This document shows positions 36,299-51,294 of a DNA stretch of 64,000 nt, piece by piece; positions within the stretch are counted from its first letter, which is position 1, and every line of letters starts with the position of its first letter. The DNA comes from Paraphysomonas bandaiensis. Its lineage: Eukaryota; Protista; Chrysophyceae. The stretch covers positions 310,001 to 374,000 of the forward strand of contig CBFFRP010000080.1 of assembly GCA_965644295.1 (NCBI GenBank), given 5' to 3'. The translations under genes and the position numbers were made by a program. The notes under the pieces were generated by a model, which made no database searches, was not told where the DNA came from, and saw only the letters and a list, made by a program, of their open reading frames with translations.

Positions 36299-38673
36299 CT
36301 AGAAACGAGCCATGGGCGTATTTCTTTGACTGAGCAAGTCTGCTTTGTGTCCGAACAAATCACGAATGTTCTCAATACGGTATTTGATCATAGTAGGACG
36401 CTCCAGAGATAGACCCCACGCAATGACTCGCACATCCTCTGGTAGACCCATAGGGCGTAACATTTCTGGTCGGAACATACCGCTATTTCCAATTTCTGTC
36501 CATTTTTTGAGTTCAGGATGATACCCGAAAATTTCCATAGAGGGTTCAGTGTATGGGTTATACGCCGGTTTAAAGCGTAATTGTGTGATACCGATTTTCT
36601 CAAAGAATGTGCGTATCGTACCAATTAAATTGCCCAGGGTGAGATTGCGATCAGCGACGAGACCCTCCACCTATACATGCAAATTAGCCAAAGTCTAATG
36701 ACCACAATATAAATAATCACAACATCATTATAGTCTAACCTGATGAAATTCACACAAGTGAGTTGCGTCCATAGCTTCATTACGGAATACTCTGTCGATA
36801 CTAAAATACTTCTGAGGAGTAAAGCCACCTTTTTGATTGGCAAGTCTGCATAACATGAGTTGTAAATTCATGCATACACTCACGATTAATACAAGAACTA
36901 ATTGCACTATGATATAGTGCCATTAACTCTAAACACGTGAAAGACCACATTTGGATCAAATTAACAACTGCATACACTACACAACAGGTTTACACATTCA
37001 TGCAGTCAACGCTCATACTTGTAAAGCATCTGGGCAGAAATGGCTGTAGTGTGAGTGCGGAGAATATTCTTGAAAGCTTCTTCTCTCTTGAACACACATC
37101 CATATCCAATACTCTCGAAACCGCCACTCTCATGGGTGCGCTTGACAACCTCGTAATAGTCCTCTGGAACACCATTAGCAGAAGCCGGGTCCTAAAAACA
37201 GAAAAAATTATAATACATACTGAATAGAAAAAGTTCTGAAATATACGTTGACACAACTCCGAATGATTCATAACGCACTAAGCATTGAAAGAAAACAACA
37301 CTAACTCTCAGCGTGCATACACGAACCTTCATAAAAAATGTATCATGAGCGTCGCGTGCTGGGTGGCTCTGAGGTTGAAATAATGCATCAAAGTTCCAAA
37401 AAGAACTCTCCACCCATTTGTTAGTCGGCATTTCTTCGAACCCCATTTCCATAAGAATACGACGGAACTCAGCACGGACCTATACAACAACGTATGTCAC
37501 TGAGTATATTAATTTACACACACTACGAATCCATCTACATCCAGTCAAATTGACAATCAATAGTTTACGCAATCATAGAACAAAAGAGAAGTCCAGCTTA
37601 CCTTCAGCAGAGGATGAAAGCTCCCACCTTGAACAGATGCTCCCATGGCCGAAAGATTGACAGACTTGAACTTTCCCACCTCACTCCAGTGAGTACCAGG
37701 AGCCATCTACATCACATGCACATTTTAGTCACTTACGTGCCCAGAAGATATAAAGCAATAGAAAATGTTATTATAGAAAATGAATTTTAAAAAAATAGCA
37801 TTTTTGCTACAGAAAGTAGTATACCTCCTGTTTATTCCCAAGCATTTCCTTGGTCAAATCTGCGTATCTCTTTTTCCTAACTTCGCTGAACTCCTCCCCC
37901 TTCGATATTGTGTACGATTTTCGAACCTGTTGCTGTACCAATTTGCGACGTTTCAGGTTCTTTAAATCGTCATCAGATATCCCTGGAGCGGATGCGGAAG
38001 ACCGAATGGTTTGCAATAGCATAGCAGTGTCATCTTGGACATTCTACAGTGATGTGTTGTCATAAGATATATATTCTGCAAAATTTAGGAGTAGTACCTC
38101 CGCCACCTTACAAATGGCATCCTTATTTTTCTTGAGCCATTTATTTTTCATGCAAGGTCCAAGACCAATCTTTGCAGCATCTTTTCCCACCGCACTTTGT
38201 AAGGTACTCATACTGATTCCGTCTGGTCCAGGAGGAACCGCCATATACACTAGGAACTCCGGGGAACCCTTGCTGGCAATTTCTTCACCCTCTGATGTCA
38301 GATACCAAAGATTAGCTGTTTTCTCTTTTTCAGTAACGTATAAATCTGCTAGTAGTGACTTCATCTTCCCAACAACGACTTGGTGATCTATATTATGCTG
38401 ACTGGCGAAGTCCCATGAGTCCGATATGATCCCTGCATAGACAGATTCAGTCAGTAACTCCATATTGAGACCCTATCCCTCACCATCCTTTCCAATAGTT
38501 GAAAGAATCAACGCTTCTACGTCTATTTCATTTTCCACTTTGACTTCACTGGTTGCGCGAGGTCTGTTAGAGGGCACTTCTACTGCAGCCGCAGACGACA
38601 CGGCCTGCTGGCTGCCCTCCAAATCCAATACGTTGAATTTACGTGTTTTACAACAACTAACCTTCTGTGACAT
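36299..38673 (-). CDS. FARSA: Phenylalanine-tRNA ligase alpha subunit (cytosolic), multi-exon
   Basis: [118 protein letters not shown]. Start codon tentative. Confidence 0.95.
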
Positions 38674-39097
38674 GTTAACCACAGCTATATGAACCCCGGC
38701 TAATATAGATGACTATATATATGTGTGCATGTAATACTCTCTCTGTATACACCGCTAGAGAGGAGATCCGTACAGCCCATACAGCACACAGCAGACTCAC
38801 CTGTGGACCTGAAGGTGCTTCAGTGGTTGCCAATACCTTGGAATACGCTGTATAGTGGTACGAGTGCAAGTGATTGTTATAGGAATATGGTGCACTGCAT
38901 GTACTTCTCTAAAGTGCAGAAGTACCGTACCACACTATTTCATTGCGGACGGTATCTAGGACAGTACCCATAGACTGCTCTGTAGTCTACACCAGAACAA
39001 TACAGCAGAATGGAGCCTGACTCTCTGCCTGTGCATCTTATCATACACATACTCACATACAGTACACAACACACCTCGATGACAGACCTCCTGTAAC

Positions 39098-41862
39098 ATG
39101 GCCCGAGTGCGCAATCTAATCGGGTCAAGCGAGAAGAAGAAACAAGCCCGTCCTCTCAACAGCAGCAGCAGCAGAGGATGGGAGTCTCTTCACAAGAAGG
39201 ACATCACTCTGGAGGAGCAGACAATCGGAGGGTTCACTCTTATATTCCAGGATCCTAACACAGAGAACAAATGGCAGTCTGCTCACTTGATACGACAGAT
39301 CCGTCTCACTCAGAGGCTGTTGTTCTGCTCCGCTCTGTTTCAGGGCCTGTTCTTCTGTAGTGATATGATAGACGGACAGGCAGATCACTACTTGCTGTTG
39401 ATTGGCTCCACTCGACTGCTCATTACCATACTGTTCATCCTTGGATCATTTCTAGTTGGCACTGGCCTCTTGCTGCCTAACCAACTCTATCTTTGTTTTG
39501 CTAAAATAATATACGGTGGCCCCACACTCGCTATTTACTGTCTGACTCGCGCGAGAGCATCTCAGTGGGATTTCTTATTTTTAGTGTACGGGCTGTGTTT
39601 CTTCGGTCTTCCTAAGATCAGCCCACTGAATTTTATTTATGCGTTCTATGGAACCGGAATATATACTTTTCTGTTTATTTATTTCTCTGCGTTTCGATTG
39701 ACCTTGGCGGAGTGGATGTTGTCCAGCACGTATCTATTGATTATCGTCCTTTTATTTATGTATATTTCGTATAGCTCCGAGCGCAGTGCGAGGGAGCGCT
39801 GGCTCCTTCGCGAACGCCTCCATCGAGAGCATATTGATATCAAAATGGTTGCTTGCAGCATTGAAGAGGACTTGAGTAAGGCGGTAGAGGCGAGAGGTGA
39901 GAGATATTCCTCTCTTCAGGGATCCCATAGTAGTACCAATAGGAGGTCACAATCCCAGTCGAATGACGAACCTGTAAATACCCCGGCTTCTCGACCAGAG
40001 AAATCCATGGTTCTCTTCTTTAAAGGACTCGCTGCATGGGGCTTAGTTATGGTTATGGGCTATGCTTTTGATAGCTTTACCATGTCTGTGGAGGAATCTG
40101 GTGTTGCTAATGGACAAGATTCGATTCCTCCCACTCGACGAGAGATGGTTAATTCGGCCCCATTTGCGCTGCTGTTACACTCGACAGGGTTCAGTATTTT
40201 TCTGCTATATTTTACAGGACAAGTGCGATGGTTTATACTGAATGGCCTCGTGGGACTCGGGATGATTTGGGTGTTTCATCAATCTGGCATGAACAATCGC
40301 TGGATTGTCTTTTCAACCCACTCTGTGGGTTACATTTTATTGGCTGCTGTTGTAGTCATTATGATTTTGGTGTTCGGCGGTGTTGTCTTGGTATGGACTC
40401 ATTTAATCGATTTCTTGAAGGATATATTGGTGCGATATCCACAGGTATGTTGTGTGTACAACACCACAGTGAAAATATTATGCGAATAAGTAGTAGCAAT
40501 AAATAGTGTGCCTATTTAAGATGTGTATAACTGCGAACATTATTCGATTTATACGTGTTCATGGAATTTTCATTACAGGTAAAGAATAATTTACGCGAAG
40601 AGAAAGTTTTAGAACAAGTATTAATACGATACCTCTCCGACATGCCTTCTCCCTCTCTTATTCATCCCACCGTACCCGCCTTCACGTCTGCCAATGGAGA
40701 TGAAGAGTCGGGCCTTCCATTGACTAATTTCTCTTCTAAAGAGGCGCCTGTGCGAGTCGAACACCAAGCCCACAGCTCACCCATTGAAAGTAAGAAGGAT
40801 ATACCTCTGTCACGTGTTATCAGTGCGAAACGAGACAATTGCTGTTACTTTTGTCTTCGTGAAAATCCCAAATTTCTCTTGCCTGTATGTGATGGCTGGA
40901 CTCCCACGACTCTTTCAGAGGAATGTGGGGATAACGCTGAAGGAATACCAATGTGTACGCCATATACTCAGCTGGTAAGCATGAAAGACAAACTTTTAGT
41001 AACCGTACAGGATCGAAACGAAGCGATTCAAGGTTTGAAAAAGTTAACTGATGAATTACAATCGAAGCTTAAAAGTGCAGAAAGTGATATAATAAGTTTA
41101 CAGTCCACTCTCCAGAACTTACAATCTCAGGCAGTCACTAAAGAAAAGGAACATGCCCTTCTTTTAATGCAGGAGCGTCAGCGTCGAAACGATGATATTC
41201 AGCGAATTATTGGACAGCACAACACCCAGTTGGCGGAACTGAAGAGGCTACATAAGCTCTCGTTGGCTGCTGCACGAAAGCAGGCGACCAGCCGAAAGTC
41301 AGTAGAAGTCTCCGCATCCTTCACGGAAGTACACAATGCTGAGTGTAGTCCGGCTGCAGTCGCAGTTGAAAAAGACAGCAGTCAAATGAAACAGAAGGTT
41401 GTCGATACGAAATGTAGTGTGAAAGCTTCTAGTAGCTCACCAGATAGGAATATATCGAATTTCAAGGAACGTGGTCAGGCCCAGCCCACCAGCAAGAGGC
41501 AAAACGCTGGTGGAGGTCATTGTCGGACACCAAATGTTTCTTTAGTCGACGACGATCGACATAGAGAGTCTGTTCCTTCGTCTCAGTCGACCACAAGTGA
41601 AAGTACAGAGCGAACTGACCCGCCCATATCTATGACAACGCCCGAAGATGATGATTTTAATAGATTCTTTTTAACAAGCATGAATGATATTGAAGCTTTA
41701 CTCAAGTCCCTGTCAACTGAAGAGTTTGCTGTTAGTACATCAGCTGGGATTTCAACTGATGCGCTACTACAAGCAACTAGTGCATCAAAAAACCAAGATT
41801 TGGCTACATCAACCACATCTAGAATGAAGTACGCGGTTGATATTGAGAACAAGTCTTTGTAA
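39098..41862 (+). CDS. Multi-pass membrane protein (~11-12 TM) with CxxC and a coiled-coil/low-complexity tail; intron 40445-40578
   Basis: Two long ORFs joined by a GT-AG intron. Hydrophobic helices; TLIFQD..TE and SYSSERSARERWLL resemble the flanks of the adenylyl/guanylyl-cyclase-type TM module. No catalytic domain seen. Confidence 0.75.
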
Positions 41863-42231
41863 CAGACTATATGGCGATAATGACGTAGGTATGTAATCAC
41901 AGTAACTTAAATCAAGTTTAATCCCGATATTCGAATTAACGAGAGACAGAGTTTGATTGAAACGTCAACGGCAGCTATTGTATCGGCTTTTAATTTGTCA
42001 TATAGTCGTGAAGCTTCAATGGCTTTAACGAAAGGCAAATGCAGCTATATGAGAATATGATCTTACAAAGGACTTGTAGCAGTAAAGCAAAATATTATTG
42101 TTTTAATAATAACTGTTATTGTGATTTTATTCTTTGTTTTTCATATTTGTTGAGATAAACATACAATAATCATCGAAATCTTAGGTGTAAAACCTACTCA
42201 AATCCCTTTTATCAGGTTGTGGTGGTGGTAT

Positions 42232-43147
42232 CAGGGCTGCGTATCAATTAATTGTCAATTATTGAAATTGCAATTGTTGAAATTGGGACATCGATTCATA
42301 ATTGCAATTATAATTGACTCCAGCTAGCTTCAATTAATTGTCAATTAATTGCAATTAATTGATATTAAAAAACCCACCTTTTTATGCTGAAAAGTTGTTA
42401 AAAAACGGTATTTTTAGTTAAAAAATCCAATTTTTAGGATAAAAATCGAAGATTGGTGAAAGACTATAATATCCATAGGATTATCTCACATAGTAATTCA
42501 TTTAATTAATTAGCGATAGGAGCGACAAATTGGCACCAGAAGTCATTGCACGAGTGTTACTTGAGAAAGTAAATAAATGATGAAAATAATAACGAAGAGG
42601 CTGCAATAGAGATTTGTCCTGCAGGAAAAGGGGCTCCACATTTTCCGTGATTGACCGCTACTTGCTTCTATCTAATCATATGCGATCTTTCGAGTTTGGT
42701 TCCGATGTGTTAAAAGTCTAATTGTAGGACTATCCACCTATATACAGAGTATATACATGTATATTATGCCCTGTATTATAAAAATAAGTGTTGTACAATT
42801 ACAGAAGTAAGGTTAACACCAGCTTCACTTCCACGACGTTTGCACATTGATTGACGAACCCTTCATAATGCACCCGATTGTTGAGCGTCATCTGGGCGAC
42901 AGTGTTGCTATTATTTTTAACGCTGCTTTCGAAAAGGCAGTCGTGAAGATTCAATGTGGCAACGAAGCCGTAACTCGGACGGCAAAGGATCAAACTAAAA
43001 TATATTTGTTCGATGAGGAAGAAGATTATGACGGTGCGAGTCTAGCTCCGAATGACGACGCAGCGCAACGTTTGTTTGATGGTAGCAGGCGGCGGAAGCG
43101 AGCAAGACTTAACAAGCAATGCCAACCGTGGTATTCCAACCTAAAAT
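42232..43147 (+). mobile_element. Decayed hAT element (left end plus transposase fragment)
   Basis: CAGGGCTG terminus with many CAATT/AATTG subterminal repeats. Peptide HPIVERHLGDSVAIIFNAAFEKAVVKIQCG...RRKRAR...Y.NL is cut off at 43148 by another TAGGG-starting element. Confidence 0.75.
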
Positions 43148-43310
43148 TAGGGACTGGTAACCATTGATAGTCCACTAATGGCTAATGGGTGCCCCGTTCA
43201 CGGCAATTACAGTGACAATTTGACGATTAATAAATAGCTCGACAATGGCATTGCATTGCCTTCACTAGAGATAATATCGCTCATAATAGATAGTGTGGAG
43301 GTGTGGACCC

Positions 43311-44960
43311 CCCTCGTAGTGAATATCTAATCATTAGCAATAGGCGTTTAAGTGTCAGAACTAATGTAGCATTGTAGCTTAACCTGGCTACAATTAATTA
43401 ATTGGTGACAGGTGTCCAACAATAACGATTGCAATTATTAATCAAGCATCCAATTATTGGCAATGCAATTAATCGGCAAATTATCGCCAACTAATTGCCT
43501 TTACTTTTATTGATAGATTTTAGCATAAGTTTCTGAACTATAATCTCATCCCAAAGAGACATTAACATTTCTACGCAGAAAATTTAATATTTCAAGGTGT
43601 CTAGGTGTCATTCTCTTGCGAAAATCTAGTCATAACAATCTTAGCACTGCTAAAAACAACATCTCACAAACATTGGTATTGCTATACAAATATTTCATGC
43701 AACGATATCGTGTTGGAAGTTTGATGCGTGCTTTTTGGCGCTTTCGGTTGTCTTTAATAAGTACACAAATGGACTCGTCTTCCTCCTTCTCTTCATCTTT
43801 CTCTTCATCAAGTTCACCTTTGCGTGCAGGTACATCATTTATCAAAAGCGTCGCACCTGTGCTTTTTCAGAGCGGTTCAGTTGTACTTCCCTACCGCGCT
43901 GAATTTCGACTACTACTCTCTTGATCTACATTTTGAACAATTTCCGCGTCTGCACCCAAGTAAAATTTCATTCCAGGGTACTGATCAAATTTGTTCATTC
44001 GATGCCATCTTGTTGAATAAATAAGAATGATAAGTATGGCTATATCCAATGCTTCTAGTCCATTATTGTTGTACACACACACTGCGGATCCTCTGTATTA
44101 AGGTATTCTGCACACACACATACTTTTCTTCCTCTGATAGTGGTACCTAACGGATGTACTTATATATAACGTCATTTACACTACTATACTTGAATATTTC
44201 AAAGCAGTTGAATATGCTGTCACATTATATGCTATGTTTCTAGACGATCGTTATGGAGACGCTCAGTTTGCTCTTTGCCAACGATCTTTGACATGATATA
44301 TTACTCTTGCATGCTGAGGTTTAAGTGTATACTAACAACCCTAATTACTATTAATAAAATGATAAAGTGATTGTGCACATCCATCCATCATACTCTACTA
44401 CTATCTATTACATGCTAACATATAATGGGTGTTTACCAAATATCAATAGCTAGAGATATAATTGGCAATTAATTGGCAACATTTACAAATAATAATAATT
44501 GAAATTATCACTTTTAGAACCAATTAATTGTTTTGCAAGCCCGAGCTTAACCAACTAGTGCTTAACTCTGATATCCTACTATATTTATCGCCTCGAAAGC
44601 TGCTTGTTGTGCATCACCGAAAGCACCAAGGTGCAGCCACTTTTGCTCTATCACTCAAAGCAAGCAGATTGTTGATATACCTGACATCTACTGACATCAG
44701 GAATTTTGAGTTCTTAAGCTAAACAGCCCGGGTGCTTGACTTCAGCGGACAGCTCAATACCCCGGATGCCCTTGACGTGGATCCATTCCCGGATGCCTGT
44801 TTATTCGACAAGGCCCAAAGACGTCTACACAAGCATTAGGCTATGAGTGAGCAGAGAATCATCTGTTGATTATATATATACGGCTCACGGTAGTTTCCCG
44901 GAGAAATATCTCCGGTACTTATCTCACAGAACATCACAAAAAGGTACTTTGTTGAGGGAA
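43311..44960 (+). repeat. Dispersed repeat family C copy interrupted by a hAT element
   Basis: 43316-43384 continues at 44553 exactly as in the uninterrupted copy at 3997-4228; ends CTTTGTTGAGGGA. Confidence 0.85.
43385..44544 (-). mobile_element. hAT derivative with decayed transposase
   Basis: 8-bp TSD GCTTAACC (43377-43384, 44545-44552); imperfect TIRs containing AATTAATTGG; minus-strand remnants YPGMKFYLGADAEIVQN, YRCMKYLYSNTNVCEMLF, DFRKRMTPRHLEILNFL. Confidence 0.88.
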
Positions 44961-45191
44961 AGAGTTGATTATGACACCTGAGCGTAGAAGCATGAATCCA
45001 TATCGTCTAGAATCGTTGCTATATTTCTAATTACATTGTTGTGGGATGCTAACACCCTCCATGAAGCCTGCATGATGATTCTGCACCAGTGGAGAATGTT
45101 ATTTAACTAATTAGTAATTAAGGGAACATCACTCGACAACAACTCTATCTATTATGAGCGGTGTTATCTACTTAGGAATTAATGGCCACAA

Positions 45192-45360
45192 GTGACACTT
45201 ATATTAGTTTCCCTTGTATCACACAAGCATTTAGCTGTGTGTGGGATGAGCGTTATATGCTGACATATATATGTGGCTCATGTAGTTTCCCGGAGAAATA
45301 TCTCCGGTACTTATCCCCCAGAACCACACGAAAAGGTGCGAGTCCGACTTTGTTGGGGGA
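45192..45360 (+). repeat. Dispersed repeat family C, terminal fragment
   Basis: Reverse complement of ~12790-12965 (CCGGTACTTATC.CCCAGAAC..CACGAAAAGGTGCGAGTCCGACTTTGTTG). Confidence 0.85.
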
Positions 45361-45785
45361 ACTGTCTAGTATCAAGTATGCTGTTGCTCACGAAACTACT
45401 TTTTTAAACTTATATCAATAAGTTTGCCACTGAAAATGCGCAAAGATGCCACAAAAAGTAGCTGTGGAGTTGCATGAAAATAGTCTAGTTTTCTCGGAGA
45501 AGCAATAGAGGAGGTACTACATAATACATCATAAAACACTCTATTCTTTATAGCATATTATTACAAGCATCAAGTTCCCGGCTATTATAATAATAGCAAT
45601 TAATGAAATATATCCCGGCAATTACGATGGCATTGCCATTTACGGTCCATTGATAGCCACTAAATTGCTATTCCCATTAATGGTTACCCATTAATGTCGA
45701 AAACGAAGACAAGCACTGATGCCTTAATATTATCTGTGTCTACGCCCAAGTCTTACTAAATAGTAAATTTAAAAGTTTTTTTATT

Positions 45786-48700
45786 CTACACTTGCTTCAA
45801 CACATTTTTAAACTTTTTCCAATTCCCTGTCTTGGCATGATCAGCTAAATTTTTTTCAGTACTTTTGCAGCACTTTCCACTTTGACCAAAACTCTCTTTC
45901 AATAACACTTCAGAGCGATCTGTGCCTAAAATCAGAAATGATTTGGCGAGCAGCCGAATGTACTGCTCTTTTATAAGTGCAGGGCATATGTGTGACCGCA
46001 GAGACTTAATAACACAATCTATGAGTACTCTGTCCCATTCAGATGTACAAATGTCGGTAAGAATCTATTCATCATTACACATAAGTATACGATAAAAATG
46101 TATAAAAATACATACTTCTGGATCACCAGCCGGTTCACAGTCACATTTCAAAAGTTTTAATATATCCGGCGACAACAGTAAATCTATGTGTACATATTCA
46201 TCACAATCAAATCATAAGAAAAATCGAATAACCGTAACCTTTGTCGTGCATAAGATTTATAAAGTCAACAGAACTCGAAGTAGGATAATTCACGTCAGTC
46301 CTCGAGTCAATAAGAGAGTATCTCTGCAAGTATCCCAAACAACATGAGAGAACTATAACTATGCTACTGAAAAAATCGCCTAGTTGTTTTTTTCCCTCAA
46401 ATGAGAACATATTACATATCACTGCCTGAAGAACGTTCCAACAAAAGCAAATAATGCAGGATCGGTCAGATAAACGAACAGGGATGCAGTACTTCCACGA
46501 AAATAAATCTGAATCCATCCCTGCAACTGTTGTGGCACCTAGGAACCCCCCCCATAAAAGGAATAGTTTCGTAAAAAGCGATGTTGGTATTAAATGTAGC
46601 TTCTCCGTGGACTGTGAGTATTCCACAAGTCGTATACATGCACCCGATATATCGCGGTAAACATTCTAGAATAAACGAATCCAAGCATCAAGCGATTGAA
46701 TCAGCTATATAAGATTGATACAACTACCTGAAAAACATCATCAATAGGCACAAAGTAACCCCAATCCTTGATGTGACTGAAATTCGAGCATATTAGTGAA
46801 GGGAAGGCATAATATTATGCATACTCTTCATACCATCTACAAATCATACATTCACTAACCTTACAACGGTAGATAAACAGTTAAAGCCACATTGTATCAC
46901 GTCGAATTCTTCAGTACTGTACATATTTCTAACACCACCCAGCCTTTTAATCAGCAGAGATGAAAGTGCTGTTATTATGCTACGCCCATTTTCTGCCAAG
47001 AGTTGCACTGTAATTCTGTAACTGCAACGTGTCAACGATGGGTGTTGGGATGTCACACAGTCTCGTACTAGATGATACGAACGGGATCCAGGGGTCAACT
47101 TCGGAAAAGGTATACAGCATGAAGACCACACATTACACACACACATCAGCACACTGTTCGACTGACAATTATCTAGTTGGAGAATAGAATCAACTGTAGG
47201 AAGAATGCAGGCATGAATGCATATCAGCACAGCTGACAATTCGTGCTTCCATGCCAAAGAAGCACTTTCTATTTTTGATGAAGGAAACAGATATTTTTGT
47301 GTATTGGCAAGAAGATCATAAGCGTACTGTTGAGGAAGAAGAAATCGACCACGTGAATGTAGGGCCTGGTAGAGTGTCAAGTGACGATATTTCAAATTAT
47401 TTTTTTGATCATCACTCAAGCACCCACAAGGCCGCATAAACTGCTCCAAAATATTTTCTATTAGCACAAAACTGTATCCAGAATCGACGGCGCAGTGCTC
47501 CAGAATAGAATGCAGCGCGATCACTACTGCGGGTAAAACACTGCTACCGTACAACAACCCACATGAATTAATTGGTCCATTCTGTTAAAGAAGACTTGAA
47601 ATTAATAGGTTTTAAAGCTGACATTGACATCTACACATACCTTCATTTCATTGCGTGTACTGATTTGAGCAGAAAGAACAGTTAATGAACATGCGGCCTC
47701 ATAAGCAATCAACGCGCTTTTCCAGGTCGTTCCTCTGATATAAACACAGTTCAACGTCGTCATTTCAGCAATCAAATTTGCAATACCTATTATCTTTATC
47801 ATTTCCAGGTGATGAGAAGTCACACCGATACGACAGAATCAATGCCCACACACCTTCCCAAACCTGGCGAAGACTTGGTATTTCACACCTTTCGGATGAT
47901 ATCAAATTAATACTGCTATCTAAACAGGATATCCAGCTTTGCAAATGGTCACCCAAGCTAAATTTCAACATAGTACACCAGAATTCACTATCCAAGAAAA
48001 GTTTCCTTATACATTGTACCATTTTCAATAGCGCTACTGTACCGATATGATCTTGCTTCAGTCGGAAGGGCACAACACTAACACATAGTGCCAGTTCCGT
48101 TTCGGACAACATTCTCCAGTCCATTACTTCTGGCAAATTCAGTGAGACAGTAAAATAGCAAAAACATTTATTTGTCCAATAGGTTACGATCTCTACACTT
48201 TTCTGGGTAGCGGTTGTTATATGTTCCGCAACTATCACAGGATATAAATCCACAACTAGCTGCACTGACATTCGCATAAATACTCGACAAGCAGATGAGC
48301 TCAATAGCGAACAACCCGAGTCAAATATCTTTTCTGTGTACACAAACAGTGCTTCCATAAAGGTCATGATAATATCTGGGCATTTTCCAATAGATGCACA
48401 GGATACTAAATGCGTAATAATTTCACTGAAAAACATTGCTGCGGTTCCGTGTAGCAAACTTTCTAGCACTATAGTTCGCTGGCAAAACACAGCAACATCT
48501 AATACAACAAATTAACAACACATACAACCATATCATGAAGGATAAAACTACACCACGCATACCTACCTTGTGGCGCAACATTTATCATTCCACTCAATTG
48601 GTCCAGTTCGTTGATAACGACGGGCAGAAACCATTGTATAACAGGCAGCTCCAAATGCGTTGAGTCGTGAAGATCAGACACTCGACTGCTAGCCAAGCGC

Positions 48701-50507
48701 AAGAAATCTCTCGTATCCTTTCTGCGATAAAGAGTTACACAGAGTTTAATTTCAAGTACACTGCATGGCTTCTGAAACTTACCGTAACATGTAAAGCTCT
48801 TCATCTTGTATATCAGTCCATAAAAAGTCATGACCGTTACCGATTCCGGCTCTAGCTGCCACGAATTCAGGGCAGTCTACTATGCCACACTGAAGTATAA
48901 TTCCTCGAATAATTCCTGGAAATACATTCGAATACAAACTACTATAGTCCGTGTTCAAACTCTGCACGATCTCTAAAACATTGTGCCAGAAGGCCAACCA
49001 TATTGTCCCCGAGCGTACAGATATTGCGCTCAGGGCATAATACATTTCGTGATGCGATGGATTACACGTATGCACGGCTAGATACCATTCATTACGCGTA
49101 GCATGCAAAGCATCTGCCAGTTTAACTGATTGGGTGAATAACTCATACATCGCGGTCATCAGAAGGGTGTCTGAATGATGTAGGCGATATACATCCACGA
49201 TCGCTTGTGATGTAACTATTCCGCTACATATCGTTAGTGTACATATCTCCCCGCTTGAGCTAGCAGCTTCCGTTATTGAATCACACATATTTAATTTCGG
49301 ATTAGAGATTGACGCGATATTAAAGTTGGATTTATGATAGATAGTCGAGCATGTACGGAGAACTTGTGTGTGCATTTCCAAACACTACATTACAACAGGT
49401 CACTACAACAAACAACAGCAGAATAATGCTCATGTCACATGTAATTACCGTTGTCAATATATGTCGCCCTAAATCTTCACGAGACCATTTTACAGCAAGC
49501 AGACTGCTCACCACCTAAGCAAAGAATACGTTACATACTTCGATAGAATTTGGATATCAGCAAGAAAATGTGGATACGAAAACCAACGAGAAGATGACGA
49601 AAAATATTTTGCTTACCTCACCGCATAGACACAGTAGATTGCTTAATTTGGTGTCAACAATGACGCTCATGCTGGCCTCAACAAAACCGAGGACCTTCTT
49701 GTACAATGTAGCCACAAGAGATAGTACACGACTGTGTAGCCAACACTCTTCATCATACGCCGGAAAAATCGAGTGCTCTGTCGAAAATTTTGACAAATAA
49801 TCCAACCAAAGTTGTGCAGCCGTCAGAATACTCATAACAGGTCCAATACATGCGCCATCGGTCGTGGAATTTAGCAGGTTGTCAACTAGGTTTTCGATAC
49901 CATCACACGAATACTGCTGCACTAACTCACAGATGTACTTATCTAAGAGTTCCAGTACGACTTGAACTTCAGATAAAACAGAACTCTCAAGGCTTATTTG
50001 GTTTGCTTTTACTGATTCTTTCTTACCTCTGAAAAATGTAGTCCTGCAACATACTTCGGGAACTGTTTGAACGACTGACGCCAACACATTCAGCGGAAGA
50101 TGAGAAGAGAATGATTGCAGCATACTATCAATAATATTCATACCACTACACTGTGGGTCTAGGCTTACAATACGATGCCGAATGATCATAATGGCGAATG
50201 AAGCAAAGAGATTACATGATATTTGTTTAGGCAAAGCAGTCGGTATACTTTGCAATATATTAGCCAGTTCGAATATATTCATATCGTCTACACGGCAATG
50301 AGAGCATACCCACTTCAGCGACTGAGATATGAGTATCAGCTCACCAGTTGATAGATTCATCTTAAGCATATGAAGCAGCACGCTGCATGCTTCAGGAGAT
50401 TTCCTGAATGCTTCTATCTTTGCTGTGGCTTGTCGGATGGCATCATTCGAGCTTGGATGGATAAGAGCAGCAGCAGCAGCAAGGAACGCATCTGCCTGTC
50501 TCTCCAT
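45786..50507 (-). CDS. Large divergent HEAT/ARM-repeat protein with an importin-beta/exportin-like N-terminus, multi-exon
   Basis: N-terminus AAAALIHPSSNDAIRQATAKIEAFRKSPEACSVLLHML resembles IBN_N. A chain of helical minus-strand exons with GT-AG boundaries ends WKKFKNVLKQV* at 45786-45788. Confidence 0.65.
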
Positions 50508-51294
50508 CGCTTATATCCGTTCTTGTCGTTGTTTCAGAGATGGGGTGGACAAGCTCGTGTTATTATTGGATCTATGGGGTGTTATTCTGTAAGGAAAGCA
50601 TAGCACAGAGGAGTATAGCGACCAGCGGGGCGAGACATGTGCAGTACAGCAGTACAGTCCTGTATGTGCAGTGCACTTGAGAGTATGACTGAGCGCAGTG
50701 ATTTGGATGGTAACATGCAGGAGCGGCCGTCCACTGGAAGAATACCACGCCATGCATCACTTCCTCTTCACTTCCTCCTTCAGTGGGGTTTGGTGTATGG
50801 TATTCCTTTGTATTCACTGTATACATCGTAAAATACTATTATTATTGAATATCTGCGATATCTAGATATCTATTCATATATGTCAGGAAATATAGAAAAA
50901 TTATCGATATCTATATAAAATAACCGGAGAAATCGAACCTTCGAAGGCACATGTCAAACATACCATCTGTGCAGTTCAGCAGTATTCCTTCATATACATG
51001 CACGTATATATTCACATATATACTTCACTGCTGAGGTGTATGTGGGAGCTTCCAGTGGGCTGGATATACAGATACAGATACAGAATATATGCATGTACAG
51101 TACTGTAATAACATACACGCATCTGCTCTGTACATCAATTTCTGTCGATGTCAGACTCTGTTCGACGCATGCAGAGAGGAATATATCACTAACACACAGC
51201 TCACACCGCATGCAGGTAGTGATATAACTATTAATAGACACTGTGGGAGTATTCGAACAGCAGCAGCATGAAGAGATAGTTGTCGTCAGTCGTA

